A stretch of 64,000 nucleotides of DNA from Leptogorgia sarmentosa (Eukaryota): positions 24,800,001-24,864,000 of the forward strand of contig OZ210885.1 in NCBI GenBank assembly GCA_964658305.1. Direction: 5' to 3'. Position numbers and translations under genes: made by a program. Under the pieces are notes generated by a model, which did no database searches, was not told the DNA's origin, and was given only the letters and a program-made list of their open reading frames with translations. Numbering within the stretch: the first letter of the stretch is position 1; every line of letters begins with the position of its first letter. Positions 37,497 through 51,200 of this stretch are shown here, in pieces.

Positions 37497-40400
37497 AAAA
37501 ATATTGAAATTTGTAATTCCGATTTTAATAAACGACGAACTTTTTACCGATTTAGTGTTTGCGCATACAGAATAATATTTTACAGAATAATATGTAATAT
37601 ATTTATGTACAGAATAATAAATTGCGCGTAATTCTAAACAGGACGATTTGATTGGCTAGATAATTATATTAACCAATCACAATGCTAGAATCTTGACAAA
37701 CTTCGGAACGAACATCGTAAATCTTCAAAACGAACTTCGGAACTCTGAAATGAACATTCTGAACTTACCTACGAATACTCAAAGCCAGTTTTCAAAAGCA
37801 AATTGAAATCGAGAGTAAGGCCATTTGTTGCAAAAGGACAGAAATCGAAAAGGGAAGATCTTATTCGGTTATTCCTTAGAAGTAGTTATTTGAGTAGTTG
37901 TTTAAGCGTGTATGTACTTTAATTATTCATCATAAGCATTGAAGATATGCATAAATGCATAATACATTATCAAATACTGTCTATGACTGGATTTGAATTG
38001 TGCAACCAAGCAAGGCAAGCATGCCAAGCATAGACAGGACAAATTAGACATTTTGTATTATCGCGATTTGGGGAAATAAAAACATATATTTATTAATTTG
38101 TTCTTGATTTCTTGCCATACAAATGTTTAAACCTGTATATGAAATTTGTGTAATATGTGTAATTGTGTATAGTAGCAGTAAATAGAAATGTGTAATACTG
38201 TATGTGTATAGTAATTAAAATAAATTATTGTATATACTTATTACTATGAACTGGTCAGTGGCTATGAACTGGTCAGTTGTAATTTTATTCATTTTTATAG
38301 CACAATGGAATTCGACAAAGGTAAAAAAAAATGTGTGGAATGTGTGGTTGAGGAAAATATTACTAAAGAAGTAGACAGAGATAAAGGTAAAATACTTATT
38401 TTTCAGCTAGTGGATTTATTATCAAAGTTCCTGGTGACCTATCATAGTTATATACCTCTAGCCTTGTAGACATATAAATGGGCATCAACAACCTTGAGGG
38501 TGATTTTTCTTGGAAACCACTGGGATTATATATTTTTCTTATTTTTCTGGGACATGTTCCATTAACTAAGTATACCAAGTTACCATAAAACCGAAGAACT
38601 AGTTCAAATTGTAAAACAAGGAGAAAACTTTATGTGAAAAATGTGTGACTCATGTGACCCCAAAATGAGGGTGTTTTTACTGCCGTCTAATACAAAGCCG
38701 AAAATCCATTTTGCAATGTTATTCATGAAATTAGTTTTTAAACAACATAGATAAGCTGGGATCATTAAATATTGAAAAAGTTTAGCATTGTTGTAAGTGA
38801 TAGGATCTTTTAGTATGAAGTAGCATTTCTTCTCAAACATGTACAACACTATTCACATTATTTAATTATGTTCCCACAATGCCCTAGGGTAATTATGGTT
38901 AATTCTTTTTTTCAATCAACAAAGGTAAGGTACTGTGGCCTCCAAAAGTATCAAAAAGTATCATTGTCAGTTATGTAATTTTAATATGATTTTTTTTCTA
39001 ATGATGTGTCATTTCTTGGGAATGGCTGTTATGGGTAAGATATTATTTTATGCTGTGTGTGCAAAAATGAAGCGACTGGTGCCCATAGTTGCATTGTCTG
39101 TGAAAGGAAGACACATGTAATATGTGGTACACATCCAGATGGAGAAGAAGAGGGTCATGGCAGTCGTGTTATCTGCAACAATTGCAAAGATAAACCAAAC
39201 AAAGGTGAGAAAATAAATAGAAATTCACACAAGGAATACAGTGTACTTTAATAATTTAAATGTTTATTTATTTATTTGTAGGTCCTAATACAATTACAAA
39301 AGCCAGTGAAAGCAATAAAAGAAAATCAACTACTGGTAGATACCTTAGATACACATATATTAATTTTTTATTTGTATGATTTTGGAAGTGACATAATGTT
39401 GATTCATTTACTAAAACTAAATACCTTTATGTTACTCAACCTTACAGACATTCAACCGTGGTGGATTAAATCAAAAATAGCTAAAGTTTCAGCAGTAGAT
39501 GCCAAAAATAAGGACCCATCTAACAACTGGGGCATTTGTTTGACATGTTTTAGGTGAGGAAAATATCAGTTGCCATTCAATGTTTGTATAACAATAAATA
39601 AATACTAGTTAGTATAATTAATATATTAATAATATTATAATATTACAATAACAATAATAATAATATTTTTAATAATATTAATAATAATAAAAATAAGAAC
39701 AAGAATAGTAATAATAAATATCTAATATCTAATATAATTATCTTCAAAGAGCCCGTTTCACAAATGGGGCATCTCAATAAGGGCTTCAGATCTATTATTA
39801 TTCACAGATATATCACTGTTGTATTTTTGTCCTTTATTTTTATAGCGCTGGAGAAACTCCAGATGTCTTTAAGCTTTGCCGACGGGACGAATCAACAAAA
39901 GTGAGACATTTTCGACGTAGACATGAGGGAAAGAAGTCAGTAATCGTGGCATTCAACGACAAGGATGAGAGTATTTCAAAAGCGCGAGAATATACAATCA
40001 ACTGGGATAATGATAAAAAAGCAAACGTGAAGGGGGAAAAAAACATAACACAAAAAGTAAAAATTCCGACAGCAACACCATCACCAAAAACTGTCATTCC
40101 TTCTATTTTCAATGTTGTAAAGCCAACAGCTCTTCAACCAGCTCCTGAAAGTGACCAATCACCTCTCTCAAATTATGACAAAGAAACCGGTCAAGATAGG
40201 TCATTACATCGTTAGATTGATGCGCTGACATCAGAAATTCAGGACTTGAAGCTTCATTTAAAGACTGGTAAACAAGTCCCAACCACCAGCAGTACTCCGT
40301 TGGCAGCTGTTGATGGGAAATGCGTCCAGAAAATTTCCCAAATATTGTTAAAGTGGCCTGAAATCAAGAATATTATTGACCTTGTCAATATGTGTGACCA

Positions 40401-40563
40401 CATTCGGTTTTTCGCTGGAGATGAAATTGATGGTGTGTTTTCAGTTGTGCGATGCGAGACATGTTATAAATTTTTACTTAGCAAAAGAGCTGGTGCCACT
40501 CGAATGTCAAAACCAGATGCAATCGCAAAGAAGGGACTTGGAGGGTATGTTAATCGTGATATA

Positions 40564-41327
40564 CAGGGTGTATCAAAAAAAAGTTTACTCGCGAAAAATG
40601 TCTTTTAGGCTGAAGCGCACGCACCCCATTGCAAACCATTGGTATATCTAAGTAGTTTGAGCCCTTCGGATACATCCTACGCTAAAAGTTTGCAGAAAAC
40701 GACCATTTTACGACTACGAAAAGTGTTATAAAAAGCCGTAGTAAAAATGGCTTGCGCGAAAAAATGTGAGGCGAAAAATGCAATTTGATTTGACAGCCTA
40801 AATCTATCGAACAAGTTTCATAAGTTGTTCAAGTTTTGAGAAATTTGGTGCACGCTGAGACGAACGTGCGATGTCCGAAAACTGGATTTTGCGTTCTTTC
40901 CTGCGTGATTACCGATTAATTTATGCATAATTGGATATTTGCATTAATTACCAATGCAAATTGGAAGCTAATTCCCAAAGGTACGTAATTACGCGAAGAA
41001 ATTGCGGAAAATCCAGTTTTCGGACATCGCAGGTTCGTCTCAGCGTGCACCAAATTTCTCAAAACTTGAATAACTTATGAAACTTGTTCGATAGATTTAG
41101 GCTGTCAAATCAAATTGCATTTTTCGCCTCACATTTTTTCGCGCAAGCCATTTTTACTACGGCTTTTTATAACACTTTTCGTAGTCGTAAAATTTCTGCA
41201 AACTTTTAGTGTAGGATGTATCCGAAGGGCTCAAACTACTTAGATATACCAATGGTTTGCAATGGGGTGCGTGCGCTTCGGCCTAAAAGACATTTTTCGC
41301 GAGTAAACTTTTTTTTGATACACCCTG
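40564..41327. mobile_element. Foldback Tc1/mariner-type MITE (~340-bp near-perfect arms) in an intron
   Basis: TA|CAGGGTGTATCAAAAAAAAG...CTTTTTTTTGATACACCCTG|TA. Confidence 0.88.
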
Positions 41328-42164
41328 TATTTAGTAACCTGTTTTAATTCGTACCATTTAGAGAACAAATTAATATAATTTTATGTGATTTCGTTTTGCT
41401 GTAAATTTTCTAAGACCATTATTCCGGCCTGTAGGTACTGTGGATCACTGGCAACGGGACTCGTATTTGACCCAGAAAAAACGACACGGCTTTTAGAAGG
41501 AAGTTGCCAAGAATTTTTCAATTTAAAGAGCACAATAAAAAGTCATATCACTCTTGCAGGAGGCCATTTGCATTTCGAAGCGCTACAGGTAAACGTTCCT
41601 TTTTAGATAAAAAATTCGAACAGCTACCTGTATTTCAAGTATATTTATGCAATAGACGTGTTGTCATTGAATTTGTTTGTTTCATACATTTTAATTACCG
41701 GTACTTATTAAAGTATATTCATCGAGTGTCTTCTTTTTTAACTGTTTTATAGTATATGAACAAGAAAGACTCGGGACCAAACAGTGACGGAGAACTTGGT
41801 TGGTATTGCTCTTACGGTCGTAAAAGTAAAGGCGGCCGCACTTCATTATGAAACGCTTATCTTGGCTCATGCGTATACTGGTTCTGATGTCGGAGAACTT
41901 GGACATGGACGTAAACAGTTCGTCGATATATTGCGATGTGCAAATTTATGGATCAATAGAGAAACTGAAAAATTTCTGGCCACTCCACTTCTTGCAACGC
42001 AGTTGCCACCTCATTTTTACGTTACTAGCGACAAGTCGACACCACATCGGATAACAAACCATGCTGTAATGCTGTGCTTGATGGTCGAAGGTAAGCGTTG
42101 CGCTATTCCTGTAAATGCAGCCGAAGTGTATTCTGATTCAAATTCTGCCACCCAGGGGGATGTG

Positions 42165-42239
42165 CAACCTCGTACCCAGGGTCTTATGATCTCCGCTCGC
42201 AGCGGGAACGGAGATCATAAGACCCTGGGTACGAGGTTG
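42165..42239. mobile_element. 75-bp hairpin MITE (CAACCTCGTACCCAGGGTC...GACCCTGGGTACGAGGTTG)
   Basis: Perfect 9-bp TSD GGGGATGTG at 42156-42164 and 42240-42248. Confidence 0.9.
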
Positions 42240-43300
42240 GGGGATGTGTCGGGAGCCGAGGCAAAAGAACTAGCCGAAGGCATTTATGGCGAAATTCAAA
42301 GTGCTTACCCATCCCTTTCAAAAGACCTGATAAATGGTTCGTATCAAGGTACGGTTTGTGACGGTGCGTATCAAGCCGCGGAATTCGAGTCTTTTTACAG
42401 TCTTGTGGGATCCTCCGCATTATGTCGATATTGCTCTCAAAGACGTATTTGAAGGTAAAAGTGGTTCCTCGAAAGAGTTTTTTGATCGGGTGGTTAAACG
42501 ATCGAGTATTATTCACCGAATTTTCCAGAGAGGAAAAATGCTGAGTCATGCCATAGCGATGGCCAAAAGTGATGATGATTTGCTGTTGAGATTGACAAGC
42601 CGATCATGTAGTACAAGGTTTTCTGCCTCGCAGTATGTCGAATTTCGGAAACTGATCAACAGTCTTCCCCTGTATATCAAAACGTTCCGGGAATTTAAAT
42701 ATACGGAGGTTAGTTTCAATAATCTTTTTCTTTATTATTTATACCTCTTTCATAGTGGAGACGGACTCAAATATTCTCTTTAATATTTAATTCATCTTGA
42801 TATGCCTTCCTAGCCTCATTTAGTTGTTCAATTTGAGCTACTGAAACGAGGCATATAAAAGATTTATTAAGATGCACGTAAAAGAATATAAAATAATTTA
42901 ATATAAAGTCATCTATTGATTTTATATTTTTGATATAGGTAATAGGAACCACATTGTTGCCGTATATTTCATGTGGTAGCAGTATTGTGTAGGTTACGGA
43001 CAAAGGGGATTATTGCATGCGGTAAAACATGTTTCCGTTTGGCCTGTCACCTAAACTGCACGTTCTTAGGGTAGATATGATGGACGCATTATGTAAAAAC
43101 GACTAAAATGCTTGTATATATGTATACTTATAAAATGCGTGGATGCCAAGGTGTAACCATATACATAGAGTTAAGATGTGTGGTGCGTAAAAAGGGATCA
43201 AGTCCAATTCGGAAATGATCACGTTGAAATAAAAAACTTGTAGGATACATGTAGTTTCGATAAAAAGGTAGAGAAGGAAGAGTATGTGCGTGATTCAGTG

Positions 43301-43345
43301 TCCCTGGACGCGGCGTTTCGTCCTCCGTGGACTCATCAGCAGGGA
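43301..43345 (-). ncRNA. Inverted copy of the type I hammerhead ribozyme
   Basis: Exact reverse complement of 47810-47854. Confidence 0.85.
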
Positions 43346-44561
43346 GTTGGGGTTGGCGCATGTTAAAAGATAGAGGATAAGGAAGCTTAAACAGGAGTGT
43401 ACACAAACTAAAATAAAATTTGCTATATAAGTATAGAATGTTTTAAAACGTAATCATACCAAATTGTTTCATGTTGCGATGCAGGCCAACGCGGAATGCC
43501 ATTTTAGTAGAATAAACTTTAGAAGTGTTTGCCAGGAGATGCTTGCTGTGACGCTTGCTGTAGCAAAAGGGTCGAATGTCATGTGCGCACGTGTGTATAA
43601 ATTGCGTGTTAGGGGGCGCCTTGGGCATGGCTGTTGTTGTGTGGTTAGTTGGGGTCTTAGGGGGTGAATGTTGTGTAGCTAGGATAGTTGTTTGTTACTT
43701 CATGTAGTATGTTGTAAATGTTATTGATTTTGGGAATTAATTGTTTGTGAAATGTGAAATTGGTGGATGTATCCAGAATAATATAAGACGGGTCGGGAAA
43801 AATGTCATATATATATTTATACAGAAATTTATAAGTTCGTGCAGCTGAAGAAGGATTCTATGTACAAGGTGTGAGGCTATATAGTATAGTGATGTGTTTG
43901 TGTCTTGAATATATATATAATAGATGACTAATTATAACCTTATAACATGATGCTGTGTTTCGATGTAATTGAACAGTCTGTGGTCCATACGGTGTAAAAA
44001 CTCCTTCTGTGCATATATGATGTACAGGTCAGATTGTTATATAGTTGATGTGTAGGCTTTTTGTGAAAACGTATTGGTGTAGAGGTAATTAGAGTCTCAA
44101 TAGGAAGTGGATTGTATCTGAGGATACATTAAGGCTGCAAAATGTAAAACCAATGTTTGAATTTAAAAATTACACTTTAAAAATTACAGGCCAGCCAAAT
44201 CTCAATGGTGTCTAGTTGTTGCAATTGTTCTGCATGGTTAGGTTAGGTTATCGCCCCTACCTCTGTGGGCATGACCATGTAGTATTTAGTAGAATGTACA
44301 TAGAAAGAGATGACATGGTGCAAGGTCATTGTGAGTAGATGAGATCTCTTTCTATGGCTTCAGTATACCGTGAAACCCTAAATTGCAGTGGCATATCTGA
44401 CTATACAATGATTGCTTATAATAGTGTATGTATGGTGGTCTTACAATATTCCCTGTATTTAGTTTCTTCAGATTGTCCTTCAGCTGTGCATTGTTCATGT
44501 GAGGTGTTTTAAATTGGTTTGGAATCTTGATTTTCAGGTTGCCAGTGTGTGGAGGCTCTGA

Positions 44562-46315
44562 GAACTCTCTTAAACTTACCCACATCCACCATAAGCACTC
44601 TCACCAAAGGACTTAACTACATCCCATCACCCAAACCAACACCCTATGAACAAGTCTACACCTCATTCCTAACATACAGAAAGAACATGTACAACAAATA
44701 CTATTTCAGACATTCAGAAAAAACAACCAAACACCACTTCAAACTACCAACAAAATTTACTAGCGCTCCAACACCAGATAACAGTAACCTACAGGAATAC
44801 ATATCCAATGTTTATCATGACATCAAGACCTCACACAATATGCAACATAAATCCCAACCACCAAACCTATCGAAACAGGAACTAGACTCCATATACAATC
44901 TTAAGAAAGATAATGACTTGATAGTCAAACCAGCAGATAAAGGAGGGGCCATTGTAATCTGGCCAAAAGACTCTTATCTTGCTGAGGCATACAGACAATT
45001 AAACAACTCAAATCATTATCATAAAATTCCACATGACCCAACCCTCGAAATACTAGCAGAAACAAAAAAACTTGCCAACATGTTACACAAATCTAACATT
45101 ATAGACAACACAACACACAAATTTCTCACAACAGACTCAATTGCAAGAACACCACACCTATACCTCTTACCAAAAATCCACAAACCAGATATTCCAGGAA
45201 GACCAATCATTTCAGGTTGCGGAGGGCCAACGGTCAAGCTTTCTCAATATGCTGACCACCTCCTCAAACCGATCCTCAAAAACATTCCATCATATGTACA
45301 AGACACAACAGACTTTCTCCGCAGAATCTTCACTCTAAACCAAAATCTACCAAAAAACATCATACTTATCACAATTGATGTTAGAAGCCTATACACCAAC
45401 ATACCTAATAATGAGGGCATTCAGGCCTGCATAGATATGTTGGAAGAACATCACACAATAACTAGTGAACTAAAACAATCCGTGAAGGAGATCTTATCAA
45501 CTGTACTAAACAAAAACACCTTTACATTCAATAATGAGCACTTTTTACAAATTCATGGCACTGCCATGGGATCTCCCATGGCACCCACATATGCTAATAT
45601 ATTCATGGCTGTACTAGAAAGGGAGCTACTTAAAAAGGCACCTAATAATCTTGTACCAATTGAGTGGATAAGATTTATAGATGACATATTTGCAATTTGG
45701 ACACATGACACTGAAAAACTCCAACTATTCCTGACATACATCAACCAATTCTACCCGACCATTAAATTTGATTACACACACTCACATAAATCAGTTAACT
45801 TCCTGGACACAACCATTTATATCAACCCCAATAACAAACTTGAATCAGACCTTTACATTAAACCCACTGACAGAACACTCCTACTACACCACAACTCCTT
45901 CCATCCCCAACCCTGTAAGAACGCAATAATATACAGCCAAGCACTAAGATACAGACGTATCATAACAGACAATGACAAACTGCACAATAGACTTAACCAT
46001 CTCCTTGTCGCACTCATACATAGAGGATATACACATAATAATATAATAACTCAATTTAACAAAGCACTTACATACAAAACACAAAGCGAACTGCTCAACA
46101 ACACCAAGTGCTCCAAGACTAACAACAGCCCCATTTTCGCTATACAATATAATAACAACACAAAACACATAGCACACATACTTCGCAAACACTGGAGTGT
46201 CATTGAGAATGATCCTACATTACGAGTTCTATGGCCTGAACCTCCTATTGTAGCGTATCGTAAAAATAAAAACCTCAGAGACACACTAGTTACTGCAAAA
46301 CGCAACACAACTTGA
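44562..46315 (+). CDS. Penelope-like reverse transcriptase, N-truncated, no C-terminal GIY-YIG
   Basis: LTKGLNYIP, KPADKGGAIVIW, LPKIHKPDIPGRPIIS, DVRSLYTNIP, GTAMGSPMAP, RFIDDIF. Ends YRKNKNLRDTLV then stop. Confidence 0.9.
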
Positions 46316-47809
46316 CAACTTTGTGACACCATCAATCATGGGCGGCAACCACTTGGACATCACCAACACCACCTCAACTGCCAACACCTAATTAAACCAC
46401 TCCCACAAAACTCCCACTGAATCCACCATCTTGAAACCAATTTCAACACCAACCCACAATTCATACATCCCCCCCAAGACCCACTCACCACCCTGACCCC
46501 ACCGAGACCACCCAACCCATCCCACCTCCCCTCCTCCTAAACAAGACAAATAAAACCAACACGGATGACAGAAGACACTGACATGGTCGAGGTACCACAC
46601 AATCAGAGCCTCCACACACTGGCAACCTGAAAATCAAGATTCCAAACCAATTTAAAACACCTCACATGAACAATGCACAGCTGAAGGACAATCTGAAGAA
46701 ACTAAATACAGGGAATATTGTAAGACCACCATACATACACTATTATAAGCAATCATTGTATAGTCAGATATGCCACTGCAATTTAGGGTTTCTGAAGCCA
46801 TAGAAAGAGATCTCATCTACTCACAATGACCTTGCACCATGTCATCTCTTTCTATGTACATTCTACTAAATACTACATGGTCATGCCCACAGAGGTAGGG
46901 GCGATAACCTAACCTAACCATGCAGAACAATTGCAACAACTAGACACCATTGAGATTTGGCTGGCCTGTAATTTTTAAAGTGTAATTTTTAAATTCAAAC
47001 ATTGGTTTTACATTTTGCAGCCTTAATGTATCCTCAGATACAATCCACTTCCTATTGAGACTCTAATTACCTCTACACCAATACGTTTTCACAAAAAGCC
47101 TACACATCAACTATATAACAATCTGACCTGTACATCATATATGCACAGAAGGAGTTTTTACACCGTATGGACCACAGACTGTTCAATTACATCGAAACAC
47201 AGCATCATGTTATAAGGTTATAATTAGTCATCTATTATATATATATTCAAGACACAAACACATCACTATACTATATAGCCTCACACCTTGTACATAGAAT
47301 CCTTCTTCAGCTGCATGAACTTATAAATTTCTGTATAAATATATATATGACATTTTTCCCGACCCGTCTTATATTATTCTGGATACATCCACCAATTTCA
47401 CATCTCACAAACAATTAATTCCCAAAATCAATAACATTTACAACATACTACATGAAGTAACAAACAACTATCCTAGCTACACAACATTCACCCCCTAAGA
47501 CCCCAACTAACCACACAACAACAGCCATGCCCAAGGCGCCCCCTAACACGCAATTTATACACACGTGCGCACATGACATTCGACCCTTTTGCTACAGCAA
47601 GCGTCACAGCAAGCATCTCCTGGCAAACACTTCTAAAGTTTATTCTACTAAAATGGCATTCCGCGTTGGCCTGCATCGCAACATGAAACAATTTGGTATG
47701 ATTACGTTTTAAAACATTCTATACTTATATAGCAAATTTTATTTTAGTTTGTGTACACTCCTGTTTAAGCTTCCTTATCCTCTATCTTTTAACATGCGCC
47801 AACCCCAAC

Positions 47810-47854
47810 TCCCTGCTGATGAGTCCACGGAGGACGAAACGCCGCGTCCAGGGA
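47810..47854 (+). ncRNA. Type I hammerhead ribozyme, minimal stem III
   Basis: TCCCTG-CTGATGA-GTCC(acgga)GGAC-GAAA-CGCCGCG-TC-CAGGGA: intact core, stems I and II, GUC cleavage triplet. Confidence 0.88.
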
Positions 47855-48241
47855 CACTGAATCACGCACATACTCTTCCTTCTCTACCTTTTTATCGAAA
47901 CTACATGTATCCTACAAGTTTTTTATTTCAACGTGATCATTTCCGAATTGGACTTGATCCCTTTTTACGCACCACACATCTTAACTCTATGTATATGGTT
48001 ACACCTTGGCATCCACGCATTTTATAAGTATACATATATACAAGCATTTTAGTCGTTTTTACATAATGCGTCCATCATATCTACCCTAAGAACGTGCAGT
48101 TTAGGTGACAGGCCAAACGGAAACATGTTTTACCGCATGCAATAATCCCCTTTGTCCGTAACCTACACAATACTGCTACCACATGAAATATACGGCAACA
48201 ATGTGGTTCCTATTACCTATATCAAAAATATAAAATCAATA

Positions 48242-51200
48242 ATGCTGAAAGCAGAGAAGGAAATGTCCCGAGGCCGAGTGAAGATGATGGCAATGTCAAT
48301 ACGGAAATTGAAAAACAGTCTGAGGTAAGGCAACACCGAACACATATGCTCGTTCTTTTTTTAATATAGAAATAATATTTATCGTATATTCTTGCGATGT
48401 ATGGATGGAATCTGTAAGAGCATGTAAAAACTCATTGGCTATTGCAATTGTTCTTATCTCTCTAAGGAGAAAGAAAGCATAGTTAACCAGCCAGTCTCAG
48501 AGACAGAGAAAGAACCAAGGCAACCAGTATCTTTGCCCTCGTTCATAGAATGTGAACAGGCATCTTCACAATTTCAAGAGACGGTTGTTTTGGAGGGAAG
48601 TTGTGACAATGAGGTAAACTGTTCCTAATGCAAAATTGGCATTTTTTTTCATTTTTATTTATTTCGAGTACTTACTTTATGTCGCATTTTTTAAGAACGA
48701 AAAATCAGAAGACACCTGGCTAACCTGTGCAGGCGCACTTGCGTATCTACTCGGCGATTTAGAGGAAGCAAATGCTTTATCGCTGGAGTGCAAAACATCA
48801 ACCTGCCTCAACATAAACGAATTCCTTTCACGAAGTGTTACTATAGCCAACAAAATCCAAGCAAATGCCACCATACTTTTAAACGTATCAGAAAATGCTT
48901 TGCAACGATACGAAGAGCAGGCTGGTGACGTGATTGAAACAGAAGAATGTACAACATTGCCAAGTAGAGATCCTGGCCAAAGATGTCATAAATTGAGTGC
49001 CAATCAGAAAAAATACCTTATTACGCAAGGCCCGCAACAACCAAAACTGGCTACGTTTCCGCCCAAGCAAAACATCCCAGCTTCAAAACAAAGACAGTTT
49101 AGCGCGAGCTGGTATGAGGAATATGCGCACCTTGAATATAGCGTATCGAAAGATGCAGCGTTTTGTTTTATCTGCTCCTTGTTCCATAAAGAAAGACAGG
49201 ATCCTGCTTGGTGTGAAACCGGTGTTTCAGCATGGGAGAAGATGAAAAGCAGAGGAACAGCAAAAAAAGGAAAACTTGCAGAGCATTTCAGTTCGGAAAG
49301 TCACAAAGAGGCTTTAAGCGCATATGTTAGCTTTTGTTACCCTTTAGGCCACGTAGATGTGATGCTTGACAAAGCTGTACGAAATGCCAAAATTCAAGAA
49401 GCAAAAGACAAACAGGAAAATAAGGAAGTTATCAAAATCTTGCTTGACATTGTCAGAACACTGGCCCATCAAAACATGGCATTTCGAGGTGATGGAAAGG
49501 AAGAGGACGGGAACTTTTGTCAGATCGTAAGACTGGTTTCAAGGCACTGTCCTTTGCTTCAAAGGTGGATAGAAAGCAAGCGATCACGCTCATATCATGT
49601 CACATACATGTCGCCAGAATCACAGAATGAAATGATTCAGTTACTAGCAGAAGATGTCCGACGTCAAGTAGTGAAGGAAATAAAGGATGCGAAGATGTTT
49701 GGTGTTTCTGCAGATACTACCCCTGATCTGTCTAGAAAAGATCAGTTGGCAGTGGTGTGTAGATATGTAAACGAAGACGGTGACGCAAAAGAACGACTTC
49801 TGTGCATAAAGAGCACTACATCCAAGACGGGCGCCGGAACTGCTGATGAAATCATCACAGCATTGAACAGTCATGCGTTGAACACAAACGAGCTTTGTTT
49901 CCAGTCATATGATTTCACTGCCTCAATGTCTGGTCAATTCAATGGCGCTCAACAAAAGCTTCAGGAGAAATTGAATCAAAACATTCCATACGTTCCTTGT
50001 CAAGGTCACAGAACAAATACAGTTGTGGAACACAGCTGCGACGCAAGTGTTATCGTGAAAGAAATGTTCAATATCCTCGAAAGTTTATACGTATTTTTTT
50101 CGAGCAGTACTAAACGGTAGGATCCGTAACTAATAATTACTAAATTAAATAATCCTTGTCATTTTTATTTCTGTAATTTATGTTTAGTTCTGCTTGTGAA
50201 TAAAACTTAATAAAATGGAAACATTTCTTAAAGTGTCTCCTAAATAATTCTACTTTTGATCTAATATTTATCCTCATCTTAGGCATGGAGAGTTGGAAGA
50301 AAACATCAAGGGAGTGGGGAACGCCTTAAAGCTGAGAAATCTGTCAAAGACAAGGTGGACAAATCGAGCAGAATCTATACGTGCAGTTTGGACAAGCTAC
50401 GAATTGATAATAAACGCTTTATCCGCCATTCAGAATTCTGGTGACTTTGACAACACCACGAAAGTGGCAGCGAAAGGCCTTTATGATAAAATGATGTCAA
50501 TAGATTTCATTTTGTCGATAATGTTTATGAAGAATATCATGTGGAAAACAAAGCAGATGACCGAAGCATTACAAGAGGAAGAATTAAACATCCTCGATGC
50601 TATGACGATTATCATGGCGACCATTGATAGTCTCAAGAGAATCAACGAAGAATCTCATGCCATGGATGATGAAATTCATGCCGGTATTGCGTATGCAGGC
50701 AAGCTAGGCGGTGATCCAGAACGACCAGAAGCAGAATTCAATCGTAAACATCGCGTGAGAAGACCACCAAGAAGGATCGATGACAACCCCGACTCGCAAG
50801 CGACGCTAACAATGATGCAGTTTTACAGGCGTGAATTCAAATCCGTGCTCGAAACGCAAATTGTTCAGTTGGGAGAAAATTTAATTCAGTGCTTTGAGGC
50901 GGTTAAGCCACTTGCAACTGTGTTGCAACCACCACTAAAGCATCCGGACTTTAAGGATGTTTAAGAACTTGTTAGCCTCTTTCCCTCAAACATTCCAGTG
51001 GATCCTTTTGTTTTGTATGCAGAATTCGGCAACTTTGTAAGTCATGCTCTGACACACGAACGTCAGACAAAAGAGAAGCTGGATACCGTCGCTAAAGTGG
51101 CCAACTCTCTGAAGATTTCAAATCAGCTTTCCCACTTACCAACAAAGCGTACAGACTTCTCTTGACGGCGCCTGTGACAGTGGCCAAGGATGAGCGAACA

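Larger units (their letters stand above)
39057..42708 (+). pseudogene. Divergent multi-exon hAT-like transposase, 5' part, with N-terminal PHD-like Cys finger
   Basis: AHSCIVCERKTHVICG...EEGHGSRVICNNC. FYVTSDKST (D1), GTVCDGAY (D2), WDPPH (CxxH position), CSTRF (TRW equivalent). Frameshifts at ~41785 and ~42390. Confidence 0.65.
42914..48241 (+). mobile_element. Penelope-like retroelement, 5'-truncated, with inverted pseudo-LTR
   Basis: Inverted arms of ~1.64 kb at 42914-44561 and 46603-48241 (one 9-bp indel, few substitutions) flank a PLE RT. Each arm has a hammerhead motif. Confidence 0.88.

Noticed and set aside
39590..39740. AAT-rich tract as a functional element
   Set aside because: Simple low-complexity intronic sequence.
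43128..43667. Duplicated small ORFs (also 47488-48027)
   Set aside because: By-products of the Penelope inverted arms; no motifs, and one overlaps the ribozyme.
46316..48241. GIY-YIG endonuclease after the PLE RT via readthrough
   Set aside because: No GIY/YIG or Cys-linker motif and no long frame seen downstream of the TGA.
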